A DNA stretch of 64,000 nt from positions 26,351,472 to 26,415,471 of the forward strand of contig CM119265.1 of the NCBI GenBank assembly GCA_051294375.1, read 5' to 3'. This document shows positions 47,818 through 62,029 of this stretch, piece after piece (the first letter of the stretch is position 1; the number at the start of each line of letters is the position of its first letter). The notes below the pieces were generated by a model. That model was given only the letters and a program-made list of their open reading frames with translations, was not told the DNA's origin and searched no databases. This DNA is from Paraspadella gotoi. Taxonomy: Eukaryota; Animalia; Chaetognatha. The position numbers and the translations under genes were made by a program.

Positions 47818-50335
47818 AGGCAGAGAGACAGAGACGAGGACGAGAGTGTACGAACACTTGCGGGTTCTTGCGACTTCGAAATCTGGAATCTAATTTGACG
47901 CCGTCGATCAAATAACTTTATTTCCAAACATAAAACGTATTCTGACTAAATCTCTGTGGCCGTAAAAATAAATCTACAAAAATCTCGGAATGTAAAGTTG
48001 GGGATTTTTAATGAAAAAAGGCGCGGAATAAATGGGATAATAAAAGTTTTTAGAAGGAAAAAATATCAGAATTTTTCAAAAAACGAATTATTTTAAATTA
48101 ATTAATTAATTAAAGTGAAAAAATTAAGCTGCAAAAATTATGAAAGTTTGAAAATGATGCAAATTTAAAAAAATGATGCAAGTTTAAAAAATGATTCAAT
48201 TGAAAAAATGATTCCAGTGAAAAAATGATACGAGTTGAAAAAATTATGCATGTTGAAAAAATGATGCAAATTAAAAAAAATGATGCAATTTAAAATAATA
48301 ATAAGTTAAATAATTATTTGTTGGTGGTTTTGAGTTTGGTATGGTACGATCTTTATGATCAGATAGGATCACAAATTGAAGGAATTATCGTGATTTATCA
48401 TCTGATTAGCTTAATTATGGTACGCAGATCCGGCATAGTTTGCTTAAACTTGTTAAATATAGTCTGATATCAATTTTTAAATCATCTTAAAATTATGAAA
48501 GGAGTTTACAGCGAGATAAAATATGGAATCATTCCACGAATACATAATATATGAAGAGAGGCAAGTACAAACCTGCAATGCCCTGAAAAATCCCAAGTAA
48601 AGCAGAATAGTTACATTTAAACATCATTTTTCCATATACTTACTTTTAGTTTGAATATTTCTGTATTCAGAGGTCGGTTTGGCGACGCTAGCTGTAAAGA
48701 GAACGGTTTAAAAACAATGCAATAATTTTTGGGTTTTCCAACTGCAAAATCCTCTCTGTGAAAAATCATCCATGTCAATTTATAAACTTCCAGTCAGCGA
48801 AAAGCACCGCTCAGCATATCGCTCGTCAATGAAATACAAAACGATGCAGTCTGTAGCAACATTTGCGGAAAGGATTTCAAGAGGACAGCATTAAGCGAAA
48901 AGACGAGTTCTACTTTTTCTTGCAGTATTTTTGAGAGCTGTGACTTTGACTCTTTATTTCCCAAATACAAATCAATCAAGAATGGAACTGACCCGATTCA
49001 AGTATTTGACAAATCATTATGATGAGATTCCACTTTCTTGTTCCAAACAGTCGCCGAAGAATTGGATGCTTCACATTGAGGAGATTAAAAGATGGTAGAG
49101 AAAAGGGTGTGGATGAAACCACACAAAGTTAAGGAATTCAATCATTTTGTAGGACCTGCTAATGAAAGAAACAGTCTATCATGACTTTAGATGTCAAGTG
49201 GCATGTCCGCCATCGTCAGGGCGAAGCTTAAAAAGCAATATTGCTAATTTACTATGGTCATAAAGGCAGGCCAAAATTGAACACTTTTATAACTTCTAGT
49301 CTCTCAAAAAAAATTTTTTTCTCTATTTCTAACATCGATTTTCAATGTACAATCTTTTTGAATTAGTTCATTGGCTTGTTGCACTGAAGGTTTTCAAATA
49401 TTTATTAATATATAACAAATTAGAAAAAAAATTTAAAACAAATTTTTAAAGAACGGATTCCTATAAAACTTTAAAAGTTAATGAAGTTAATAGTACAAGT
49501 TTATTAAAATTGTGACAATAATTGTTAAAAAGTAGAAAAAACCTTAAAAATCATTATCATCATCATCATCATTGGCTGAATTTTATTTTTTTTAAATTTT
49601 CTTTAATAAAAAGTTGTATAAATTGATAGTTGTGTAGTTGTAGTAATACAAAAAATGTAAATAATATTTCTCTCTCGGCCTAAAATTCAATTCTCGTTTA
49701 CATTCTACTTTGATAAACAACGTAGTTCATATTAAAGTCATTGTTATTTTATTCTCGGCCTCGATTATTATTATTGGCATTTCCCTTCGATTGGTTATAC
49801 TGAAATAAACTCTCGTTCATTTTATTTGGTATCGAATTCTTTCCACTAAAAATTCCGTCCTCCATTGGTGGCAGCGGTATTCTGTGGATTCGAACCCACG
49901 CCTCCAGAAGAGAACTGGTGAGAAAAGATTCTTAGTAAATACAAAATGTAAATAATATTTTCTCTCGGCCTAAAATTCCATTCTCGTTTACATTCCTACT
50001 TTGATAAACAAAGTCCATAGTTCATATAAAAGTCATTGTATTTTATTCTCGCGCTCATTATTATTATTGCATTTCCCTGTCGATTTGTTACTGAATACTC
50101 TCGCTCATTTCTTATTTTGGTATCGAATCTCTTTCACTAGAAAATTCCGTCCTCCCACTAACTTTATCTAACTTTAAAGCGATCTGATCAGAAATCTATT
50201 AAAAAAAATTTAAACTTTATATAGTAATTAACAATAATCTTTAAATTCTTCGTGCGCTTTTCAAATAAGCGTTTAATTTAAAAATTAGTTTCATTTATTA
50301 ATATTCTCTAACAGTCACATTAAAACCTTATTTTT
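47600..50335 (-). repeat. Inverted copy of XK-C and flanks (mirror of ~50405-52340 and ~59040-59480); includes the XK-C copy at 48340-49261
   Basis: Starts next to a 25-N gap; 49935-50335 and 50405-50785 form a fold-back; 49630-49864 is tandemly repeated at 49935-50158. Confidence 0.8.
49866..49920 (-). pseudogene. 3' half of tRNA-Leu (variable arm, T arm, acceptor 3' strand, plus CCA), degraded
   Basis: Reverse complement CACCAGTTCTCTTCTGGAGGCGTGGGTTCGAATCC...CCGCTGCCACCA resembles animal tRNA-Leu(AAG/TAG) CCAGTCTCTTCGGAGGCGTGGGTTCGAATCCCACCGCTGCCA. Confidence 0.75.
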
Positions 50336-51174
50336 GAGAGAAACTTCTAGTTTTCACCTGTTCGGCCTATATGGCGACCCAGATGGTGTTTTTTGGTAAA
50401 ATAATAAGGGTTAAGTGACTGTTAGAGAATATAAAAATGAAACTAATTTTTTAAATTACGCTTATTGATAAGCGCACGGAAGAATTTAAAGATTATTTTA
50501 TTACTATATAAAGTTTAAAATTTTTTTAATAGATTCTGATAGAGCTTTAAAAGTTAGATAAAGGTTAGTGGAGGACGGAATTTTTAGTGAAAAGAATTCG
50601 ATACCAAATAAAATGAACGAGAGTTTATTTCAGTATAACATCGAAGGGAAATGCAATAATAATAATGAGCGCGAGAATAAAATAACAATGACTTTTATAT
50701 GAACTACTTTGTTTATCAAAGTAGGAATGTAAACGAGAATGGAATTTTAGGCCGAGAGAAATATTATTTACATTTTTGTAATTTACTACAACTACTACAA
50801 CTACAATTTAATACAACTTTTTTATTAAAGAAAATTTTAAAAAAACATAAAATTCAGCCAATGATGATGATGATGATAATGATTTTTAAGGTTTTTTCTA
50901 TTTTTAACTAATTTATTGTCACAATTTTAATAAACTGTACTATTAACTTTCATTTAACTTTTAAAGTTTTATAGGAATCCGTTCTTAAAAATTTTGTTTT
51001 AAATTTTTTTTTCTAATTTGTTATATATTAATAAATATTTGAAACCTTCAGTGCAACAACCCAATGAACTAATTCAAAAAGTTGTATTGAAAATCGATTT
51101 AGAAATAGAAGGAAAAAATAATTTTTTTTGAGAGGACTAGAAGTTATAAAAGTGTTCAATTTTGGCCTGCCTTT

Positions 51175-52125
51175 ATGACCATAGTAAAATTAGCAATATT
51201 GCTTTTAAGCTTCGCCCTGACGATGGCGGACATCGCCATTGACATTAAAGTCATGATAGACTGTTTCTTATCATTAGCATGGTCCTACAAAATGATTGAA
51301 TTCCTTAACTTTGGTGTGGTATTCATCCACACCCTTTTCTCTACCATCTTTAATCTCCTCAATGTGAAGCATCCAATCTTCCGGCGACTGTTTGGAACAA
51401 GAAAGTGGAATCTCATCACAATGATTTGTCAAATACTTGGAATCGGGTCAGTTCCATTCTTGATTGATTTGTATTTGGAAAATAAAGGTCAAAGTCACAG
51501 CTCAAAAATACTGCAAGAAAAAGTAGAACTCGTCTTTTTCCTTAATGCTGTCCTCTTGAAATCCTTTCCGCAAATGTTGCTACAGACTGCATCGTTTGAT
51601 ATTTCATTGACGAGCGGAACTGCTGAGCGGTGCTTTCTGAAACGGAACAAACAATGAAATTATTACGATTTTTAAAGGGAAGTTTACAAAATTGACATGG
51701 TTGAATTTTCACAGAGGATTTTGCAGTTGGAAAACCAAAAAATATTTTGCATTGTTTTTAACCGTTCTCTTTACAGCTAGCATCGCCAAACCGGCCGCTC
51801 TAAATCAAGAATTATCCAAACTAAAAGTAAGCAGTATGGAAAAAATGATTTTAAATAAACATTCTGCTTTACTTGGGATTTTTCAGGGGCATAGCAGGTT
51901 TGAGTACTTGCCTCCTTATATTTATGTATTCGTGGAATGATTCCATATTTTATCTCGCTGTAACTCCTTTCATAATTTTAAGAGTTTTAACAAATTGGAT
52001 ATTTAACAAGTTTAAGCAAACTATGCCGGATCTGCCTACGATAATTAAGCTAATCAGATGATAAATCACGATAATTCCTTCAATTTGTGATCCTATCTGA
52101 TCATAACAGATCGTACCATACCAAA
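51175..52125 (+). pseudogene. XK-C, truncated XK paralog pseudogene
   Basis: MTIVKLAILLLS...ADIAID...LNAVLLKSFPQMLLQ (E>K change and AH deletion in all copies that span it); frameshift at CTGAAACGG shared with the 58255 copy; internal deletions; C-terminal half missing. Confidence 0.8.
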
Positions 52126-52379
52126 CCAAAAACACAAAAAATAATTATTTAACTATTATTATTTTTTAAATTGCATCATTTTTTTTTATTTGCATCATTT
52201 TTTCAACATGCATAATTTTTTCAACTCGTATCATTTTTTCACTGGATCATTTTTTTTTCAATTTGGAATCATTTTTTAAATTTGCATCATTTTTCAACTT
52301 TCATAATTTTTGCAGCTTAATTTTTTTCACTTTAATTAATTAATTAATTTATAACACGTTATTATAATTGAGAGATATA

Positions 52380-53295
52380 TTTATATTAGGTTCAGTGGAA
52401 CTTTGAACAATTATGAAAAATATCATAATTAATGCTTTAAACAAGTCTTCAAGCGGAGAATCAAGAAAAAGCCTTAAAATCAATGTTTTATTTTCGGAAA
52501 GTCATCTGTACAAAAGAGGAGAAGAGCTGTTAACTGACTTTTGGCTAACCGCACTAGCAACTTGATTATTTTAATAGTTAAAAAAACGATCTAAAAATTA
52601 GCGTAGTGCACATTAAAAACATTAAACTTTGAATTTTGTTTTTCATAGTCTTACGCATAGGCTTTTCACTTTTTCTGCCCTTATTTACATTCAAATCACT
52701 TGAAAGATGAAAAAGTAAAAGATAATCTGCTCAAAACTCAAACAGTATTGTCAAATAATTAATGAGAAATAAAAGTGATATTCAGATTATAGAAATGCAC
52801 AAATCTTGTAAACGCTTCAGTTGTCCTTAAAAAGTACTTTTTCATTCTTTTCTCTCTTTCATTCTTCCAATTTTTAAAATTTGCTACAAAGCTTTGTTGA
52901 ATTTTCTTGGTTTTTCAAACTGTGAGAAATAATTTTTTTTTTTGTTTCTGTATTACGTTGTACTCGGCATGTATACGTATTACAAGTCACTCAAAAAACA
53001 AAAGACTTGACAGTCTCTCTGCAATGGCTGATAACAATGAAATTCTAACTTTCAAACCGTGAACAGTGACAAGATCTCGAGAAGTACAATCAATCGCTTA
53101 CGTGACACGTATGTACCCGCCGTCATACTGTTAAAAATCAGTCTAGTACTTTTGCTGGTCCTGATCGGATGCAAAATTCACGGACTATGGAGAAATAGAT
53201 TCATTAATTCTCTTGATTATGCTCCAGATCTGTTTTATTTTATTGTATTGATTACGCAAAAAGAAAAGCAATTGGTCATAAATAGGTTTCCTTAA
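52380..53295 (+). pseudogene. Error-rich copy of the 3' part of XK-B from the LTR-empty allele
   Basis: Colinear with 33070-33967, then runs directly GTCATAAA-TAGGTTTCCTTAA with no LTR; frame ends QLVINRFP*. Confidence 0.8.
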
Positions 53296-54800
53296 AGGTT
53301 AATTTTTCTACAACGTCCGGTTAACCGTTAAAAAATTCGACTTTTTAAACCGTTAACGGTTAAAATCAGTTAATTTAATGATTTAGCTTATTTTGACTAA
53401 TATAATGCAAAAAAGAAAGGAAAACAATTAAAACTTTGTATTCGAATCTTATTTCAATATATAGGAATGCACTGATAAGCAAAACGAAGAAAATTGAATT
53501 ATAATTGAAATATCTTTTTAAAATTTAATAGCTTAACTTATAAACGCGTCAAACAGTTAAAGTTTTGAGTTAAGAGATAAAATTTATTTTTGCACTTCTC
53601 CGCTGAGACTGAGGTTAAGATAAATTACAAAAATACAATACAAAAAAATTTTGGAAATAACTTGGTATGGTAGTCGGGCATAGCATAAGTTCAGTCTCTG
53701 CCTTTAAGCATGACACTAACAGTCGTGACCCGCTGGCTCATTGAGTAATAGCCATCATCAGCTCTCAATGACCACAAGGTACGGGTTCAAATCCCAACCC
53801 GGTACCTACCCTTGCGGGAAGTGTGAGACGGCCGTAAGCCCGACTTTGGGACGTGGAAAACCTACAAAGCCTTGATCCAAGCCCAGGAACCGTTCCATGG
53901 CTGCTGGAGGGGTTAAACAAGTTCCGGGGAGAGTGCATCTTCAGTCACTTATCGCCTTATCAAAGCGTTCAGTTCGTCCTGTCTCTTCAATCGTGTGACG
54001 TCAGTTTCATCATGAATTTTTCCCTGAAATATTAAGTAAATGATGATGAAGAAGTACAGTATGAAGATCTAGAAACTTGTATTTTAATATCAAAATGGTC
54101 CATAAAATGCCCTTTAAAACTCAGTTCAGGACGGGCGATGCTACTTTTTGAAAGTCATGGAAGTTTCGCCAAATTACGACTCAGAGATCGACAAAAACGA
54201 TGACAAAAGACCGACTAGTAAATTAATTTGGCCGAACGCATGAGGACAACTTAAAGTAGGGTCAAAAAATAAAGAGCGAAAAAAGACAGAAAAAATAACT
54301 GAGGCGAAATATAATATAAAATAAAATAAATAATTTTAGTGATACGACTGTTCCTACTAATCATAGCGCCGTATTCTCTGAACCCAATGGTCCCGGGTCT
54401 AGCCCTGGTCGGGAAAAGAGTGAAATTGCCAGTTAAACCATCGGTTGGCAAGCCTACCGCCGGATCCAAGTTCCCGGAAAGCAAGGCAACACTTAAGTGT
54501 GGGGGTTATTCACGTTCAATAGAGGCATGCGACCTTTCTCTCCTCTCGAATCATTTCATAATAAATATAAAAACTTATATTTATATAAAAAAAATGTCAG
54601 TCTGGATTTGAGCGCATCACTTTGATTAAAGAAAATATTCTAAAAACTAATAAAGGTTAAATAAAAACAGAAATATTTTTTACAAAATATCTAAAGTTAA
54701 AAAATTTCACCCCGAATTTAACCGTTTAAAACGGTTAAGTTAAAAAAAAATTTCATCTGTTATTAACGGTTTAATTTTTTAAACGGTTAAGGAATCTCTA
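53283..54800 (+). mobile_element. hAT-like element, uninterrupted copy with both TSDs adjacent
   Basis: GTCATAAA|TAGGTTTCC...GGAATCTCTA|(A)GTCATGAA. Confidence 0.78.
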
Positions 54801-56820
54801 AGTCATGAAGGAAAATTTTTAAAACCGTATAAGGCTTAAATTATTTTTATTTGTTATGGAGTATTTATATATAGTTGTAATGAGTTTTAAAAAAAGGAAT
54901 TGTTTAATTATCATTAAATTAAACCTAAGCATATTTTCAAAAGCCACTTATTTTAAACTTTTCATAATAAATGACTTATGACTTTAAATAGTTTATATTT
55001 CTCAATGCTTAATCTCAGAATAGAGGAATACTATATTTAACAATATATGTGAATTTGCTTTAAATTTTTTTGTCTATTGGCACCTATCTATCTTATTTTT
55101 TTTATTTAGGGACTAAAAATTCATCTTAAAAAACAAATTTAAAAACTTTTTATTAATTATCTTATTGATAATAAACTCAAATTTACCAAACCGGTTTTTA
55201 TGCTGTGTACGAAAATTTTGTTTGTAAGAAGCAGAACAGACTTGTATTTGACATTGAAAACTTGAAAAAATGAACTGATTATTTTATAAAACTAAAGTAT
55301 AAAGTCTTCTTAAGTTTTTCTCTACGCATTTTGTTCTTAGAAAGTTAATGCCAATTTCATGAACATTACCCATTTCATAAGCTTTTAAAAAACCAGAAAA
55401 AATTGTCATTTCCGTTTGATTTTATTGAGTACTTTAAAATAACTTTTAATTATGATCATCAATAAAGTTTAACAAACAGATTTGCAATCACAGTGTAGAA
55501 AATTTTGTATTTTCTATGCCTGCGGGTCGCGCGTTCGAGGCGTGTCGCCGTCGATGAACCATATTTTCTGTAGTTTTATCTTACTAAACTTGAAGCATCA
55601 AAGAAAACGTCGAAAAATGTCGAATAAATTGTGAATTATTGGTATTTTTGTAAAGATCCTATGGCAAATCAATGAAATGTCGAATAAATGTTTGTAAATA
55701 AAATCCTTGGAATCCGTAAAAACTTAAAAAAAAGATTCCGGATCGAAAATAATAAGTGAGCGGGTCCAGCGGAAAAATGATCGGACGCGAGGTCACCAAA
55801 TCTTTCACACAGTGTAAATCTACTAATTGAAACGTTCTCCTTCCATCAGTCCCAAATTGCAGAATCAGCCAATAATAGTAACCATCAACCATTTCTTTAT
55901 TTCTCAAAACATTTGGTTTTCCTTTTCGACTTTTGTTCATTGACTCTAAGCTAAGAAAAAAAAATTAGTCTGAAAAAAGTAAACATGTTTACATTTCATT
56001 GTCTAATGTTCATAAAAAGGCCGCCTCTACTTTGTTGTTTTTTTTGTTGAAATATTCAAGTTTCTTTGTTTTGTCCTTTTGACCTCTTGAAACAGAAAAA
56101 TCTTTTGTGTCCCCGTCTGCCTGGATCTAATCTTTTCCTCACCCTTAGTCATCCTCAACAAATTGTGATAAATTTCTGGTCAACCAGATGGTGAAGGACT
56201 TTTTTACTAATTCCATCGTTCTTTGTTGTTTTTTTAACCTCCTTATTTTGTTATCGCCCTCACTCGTCTCTCTCCGTCTCTCTCTCGTCTCTCTCTTCTC
56301 TCTCCCTCAATGTCTCGTCTCTCTTCTCTCTCCTCCTCTCTCTCTCTCTCTCTTTCTCTCTCTATCTCTCTCCTCTCTTTTTTTTTTCTCTCTCTCTCCT
56401 TCGCCAAATTTTTTCCACCCCCTTTCGAGAAAAAAAAAGCCCATTTCCCGCCATAGGGGGCCTGAGGGCCTCGCGGTCACCGTTCTCGCGACCGCCGCGC
56501 CAGGGTCAATTTCATGCGGAGAACGTTTGGAGGAGGAAGAGGAGGGGAAGGAAGAGATGGGGTTGAAGGTAAAGAGAAGACATTGGGTTTAGGGGAAGGA
56601 AGTTTACTTGTAGAAAAAATAAAAGAAAAGAAAAGAAAAGAAAAGAAAAGAAAAGAAAAGAAAAGAAAAGAAAAGAAAAGAAAAAGAAAAGAAAAAGGAA
56701 AAAGAAAAGAATCTTCCAAGATCTCTCTCTATTTTTAAAGGGATTTTGTTCATTTATTTTTAGAAAAGGGAGATTAGATTGGATGCCCTGATAAGAGAGG
56801 GAGAGAAAGAGAGAAAGAAA

Positions 56821-56853
<33 letters not shown>

Positions 56854-57773
56854 AGAGAGAGAAAGAGAGAGAGAGAGAAAACTTTAAGATTAAAAAATAA
56901 AGTAGATCAAAAAAAAATTAATTAAGAAATTTCTGAATGACGCAAAAAATAGAAAACAAAAAAAATAAAAGAATCAAGTTTTTGAAAATATTAATAAAAA
57001 AAAATACATATATTTTCGTTTTTGCCTACTCAACTTTGTCTCTACGTTATATGCCTCGGCTTTTTTAATATTTGCAAAATAAAAACGATCTGGTTTTACA
57101 TTTTAAACCAAAAACACCATCAATCAATGACCATTAGGCCGAACAGGTTGAAAACTAGAAATTCTCTCAAATAAATAAGGGTTAAGTGATGACTGTAGAG
57201 AATATAAAAATGACAAAATAATTTTTTAAATTTAGCTTATCGATAAGCGGCACGGAAGAATTTAAGTTATTTTAATTAGCTATATAAGTTTAAATTTTTT
57301 TAAATTTTTAAAAAAAATTGTTTAATAGATTCATGATAGAGCTTTAAAAGTTTAGATAAAGGTTATTAATACAACTTTTAAATTTGTTTGGTTTTAATTA
57401 AAGAAAATTTAAAAAAAAACACATAAAAATTCAGCCAATGATGATGATGAATGATGATAATGATTTTTTTAAGGTTTTTTCTATTTTTTAAGGCAATTTA
57501 TTGTCACAATTTTTAAAAAAAACTGTACTATGTAACTTTCTTTCATTTAACTTTTCAAGTTTTATGGGAATCAAGTTCTTAAAAAAAAATTTTTTTTCTC
57601 ATTTGTTATATATTAATAAATATTTGAAACCCTTCAGTGCAACAACCCAATGAACTAATTCAAAAAGTTGTATTGAAAAAATCGATTTAGTAATAGAAGG
57701 AAAAAATAAATTTTTTTTGAGAGAAACTATTGTATTTAGTTATAAAAAGTGTTCAATTTTGGAGCCCGCCTTT

Positions 57774-58765
57774 ATGACCAATAGTAAATTAAGCAATATT
57801 GCTTTAAGCTTTCGCCTGACGATGGCGGACATCGCCAACCGACATTAAATCAATGATAGACAGCCCCCTTTGGTTTCTTATCATTAGCTTGATCTAACAA
57901 AATGATTGAATTCCTTAACTTTGGTGTGGGTATTCATCCACACCCTTTTCTCTACATCTTTAATCTCCTCAACCGTGAAGCATCCAATCTTCCGGCGACT
58001 GTTTGGAACTTAAGAAAGTTTGAAATCTCCATCACAATGATTTGTCAAAATAACTTGGAATCGGGTCAGTTCCATTCTTGATTGATTTGTATTTGGAAAA
58101 TAAAAATAAAAGTCACAGCTCAAAAATACTGCAAGAAAAGTAGAACTCGTCTTTTCCCTTAAATGCTGTCCTCCTTGAAATCCTTTCCGCAAATGTTGCT
58201 AACAGACTGCATCGTTGTTAATTCATTGACGAGCGGAACTGCTGAGCGTGGCTTTTCTGAAACGGAACAAACAATGAAATTATTACGATTTTTAAAGGGA
58301 AGTTTACAAATTGACATGTTGAATTTTCACAAGAGGATTTCTTGCAGTTGGAAAACCAAAAAATATTTTGCATTGTTTTTAACCGTTCTCTTTACAGCTA
58401 GCCATCGCAAACCGGCCGCTCTAAATCAAGAATTATCCAAAACTAAAAGTAAGCAGTATGGAAAAAATGATTTTAACATAAACATTCTAGCTTTACTTGG
58501 GATTTTTCAGGGCATTTAGGCAGGTTTTGAGTACTTGCCTCAACTTATATTTATGTATTCGTGGAAATTGATTCCATATTTTATATCTCGCTGTAAGCTC
58601 CTTTCATAATCTTTAAGGTTTAACAAATTGATATTTAAACAATTTAAGCACAACTATGCCGGATCTGCCTAACGATAATTAAGCTAATCAGATGATAAAT
58701 CACGATAATTCCTTCAATTTTGTGATCCTATCTGATCATAACAGATGCGTACCATACCAAACCAA
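57774..58765 (+). pseudogene. XK-C, second error-rich + strand copy
   Basis: Colinear with 51175-52125 with additional indels. Confidence 0.75.
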
Positions 58766-59339
58766 AACACAAATAAATAATTATTTAAACTATTAATGTA
58801 TTTTTTAAAAATTGCATCATTTTTTTTTATTTGGCATCATTTTTTCAACATGCATAATTTTTTCAAACTCGTATCATTTTTTTCACTGGGATCATTTTTT
58901 TTTCAATTTGGAATCATTTTTTAAATTTGCATCAATTTTTTAAATTTGCATCATTTTTCAACTTTCATAATTTTTGCAACTTGCATCATTTTTTTCAGAT
59001 TGCTTAATTGTTTTTCACTTTTAATTAATTAATTAATTTTATAAATTAATTCGTTTTTGAAAAATTCTGATATTTTTTTCCTTTCTAAAAACTTTTANNN
59101 NNNNNNNNNNNNNNNNNNNNNNAAACTTTTATTATCGCCATTTATTCCGCGCTTTTTTCTCATTACAAAATCCCAACTTTACATCCGAGATTTTTGTAGA
59201 TTTATTTTACGGCACAGAGATTTAGTCAGAATACGTTTTATGTTTGGAAATAAAGTTATTTGATCGACGGCGTCAAATTAGATTCCAGATTTCGAAGTCG
59301 CAAGAACCCGCAAGTGTTCGTACACTCTCTGTCTCTCTG

Positions 59340-59393
<54 letters not shown>

Positions 59394-59769
59394 AATGACT
59401 ATTCGCGTCAATGAATGACTATCATCGCATCAATGAATGATTATCATCGCATCAATGAATTACTATCATCGCATCCATCATTTGGTTATCATCGCATCAA
59501 TATTTGGTTATCTTCGCATCAATATCGCGTCATTATAGATAGATATATAAATATAGCTATACAAAGAAAATCCTACTTACATAAATGGTAGTAAAAACCG
59601 TTTAATATTGAAAAAGATAAAAAGGAGGAGGAGAAGGAGGAGGAGGAGGAGGAGGTGGAGGACATTGGAAAATCTTGCATCAGTGAAAGAAAAGGAAAGT
59701 TTTGTGCGAGCGAAGAATACAGATTAGTGAGAGTGAATTATTTGGCGCCATCTAAAGTGAGTGAAAATA

Positions 59770-59815
<46 letters not shown>

Positions 59816-61434
59816 TGAAAGGTCAAAACTGGACACAATGAAATCATATTAATTATTCGTCTAATATTTCTCTTTTTGAAAAGAAAAAAACCGATTAAAC
59901 TAAGATGTACCCCGTGAGCAAGAACGGATGGCACAAAGTAAAAATTTATTACACCAAAACTACTAAATAAAAGTTAACTTATTTTATGTCATTTGATAGA
60001 AAAGTCCTTGATTTTTATTTATGCAAAACTGACTTAGGGTATGCTCATAATGTTCTCCTTTTCTAAGAGGCAAACATTTGATTCCTAAAATTCATTAGGA
60101 TTGAGAAAAAAACGTTACCAGTAATCTGCCGTGGCGATGATGATGCTTCACCAATCTTGATTCCAGCGCATTAACGACNNNNNNNNNNNNNNNNNNNNNN
60201 NNNNNNNNNNNNNNNNNNNNNNNNNNNNNNNNNNNNNNNNNNNNNNNNNNNNNNNNNNNNNNNNNNNNNNNNNNNNNNNNNNNNNNNNNNNNNNNNNNNN
60301 NNNNNNNNNNNNNNNNNNNNNNNNNNNNNNNNNNNNNNNNNNNNNNNNNNNNNNNNNNNNNNNNNNNNNNNNNNNNNNNNNNNNNNNNNNNNNNNNNNNN
60401 NNNNNNNNNNNNNNNNNNNNNNNNNNNNNNNNNNNNNNNNNNNNNNNNNNNNNNNNNNNNNNNNNNNNNNNNNNNNNNNNNNNNNNNNNNNNNNNNNNNN
60501 NNNNNNNNGGTAACGCGAAGAGAGATAGAATGGCAGCGATTTATATTAGCTGCCATCGCAGTTCCTGCTCTCTCTCTCTCGTCTCTCCTCTCATCTCTCT
60601 CTCTCTCTCTCTTCTCTCTCCTCTCTCTCGCAGTCATCTCCTCTCTGTCGTCTCTCTCTCTTGCATTCATTCTCTCCTTCATTATATCCTCTGCGCGGAC
60701 AATGACAACAAACGGCGGAAACCTCAGAGCGTCCAAAATGTCTAATCAGAAAAAAAAGTAACAACAACAGAGTAATATCTCAGATGTTAAGACGAAAAAG
60801 ACTAAACACGCCAATCAACAGTGCCAACACCAAGTGAACAAACAGTCGACCGACAACAAAGTAAAACAGACCAACAACGACAAACGGACAACAACAACAA
60901 CAACAACGCACAGCCACCAAATTCCAGAGTCACAGCGAACACTTTCTGTAGAGTCGCGCGCGTCCAATCGAAGAGTAATCTCCCATAATCCCGTCTGGCA
61001 CAGATCCATTAATTGCCTCTCCCCTGCCCAATTTTCCCTTTTTCTGTTTTATGATTATCGTTCCCATCTTCACCAGTTTTTCGCTTTTACAGAGGTCCAT
61101 TCTCGTAATCGATTGAATTCTTTTAAAAAAAGCATTTTTTTTAAGAATTAGTTGAGTGATTATTTCTATTTTTATTTCCAGTTGGATGATCAGCAAACCT
61201 TATTGAATATTGAATATATTGAATGGCACATAATCTATTTGAAACAGTTGTCTTGAAATCCTCTGTATCAAATCGTTATCGAGGTTTTTCCTTCTAATAA
61301 ATTTCGAAAAAGAAAAAAGGGAGAAAAAAAGAAAGAAAAAGAGTTTTGCTCCCGCGGTTATCATTCGTCATTTCTCCTTTTAATCTTTCTATTGGCTCCC
61401 TTTCTCTCCCTTTATCTCACTGCATCACTTTTTA

Positions 61435-61520
61435 ATTCATTCATTCATTCATTCATTCATTCATTCATTCATTCATTCATTCATTCATTCATTCACTGAT
61501 TCATTAATTCATTCATTCAA
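61435..61520. repeat. (ATTC)n microsatellite
   Basis: Long perfect ATTC run. Many (CT/GA)n tracts occur elsewhere, e.g. 5910-6010, 8575-8622, 13197-13264, 46793-46870. Confidence 0.95.
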
Positions 61521-62029
61521 TTATTTTTCCATTGATTGATTGATTAATTTTTAATAAATAAATTTTTTTAATGTTTTCTTTCATCGATTAATTCATTTCT
61601 TCGTTCATTTTTTTCATTCATTTATTCATTCACTATGACAATGTTCTCACCCCACCTCGTCACCTACCCCTTTCACATAACCCTTTAACACCCAGACTTA
61701 ATTTTCATCCGCGCTCAAACTCCCTTTTTACATCATCTCACCCCTCGGGCGATTTCTCATAATTTTTCCTCTTCCCTTTAACTTACCCTTTCCAAATAAG
61801 CCTTCACCTCATCTCTCTCAACACTCTTCACTTTCTCACCCACCTCAACCCCCAACTCATTTACTCCCCTCTCTCCCCCTTCTACCCACTCCCCCCTCCC
61901 CGCCCCCTCCCAACTCAGTATTAAAAAAAAGTAGAACTGCCAATCTCTTTGCAAAATGGACAGAGTTATGGCGGCTTTTGTCGTGAGAATCCGGGTTGTG
62001 AAGATCTGACCCATTTGAGAGGACAGCGT

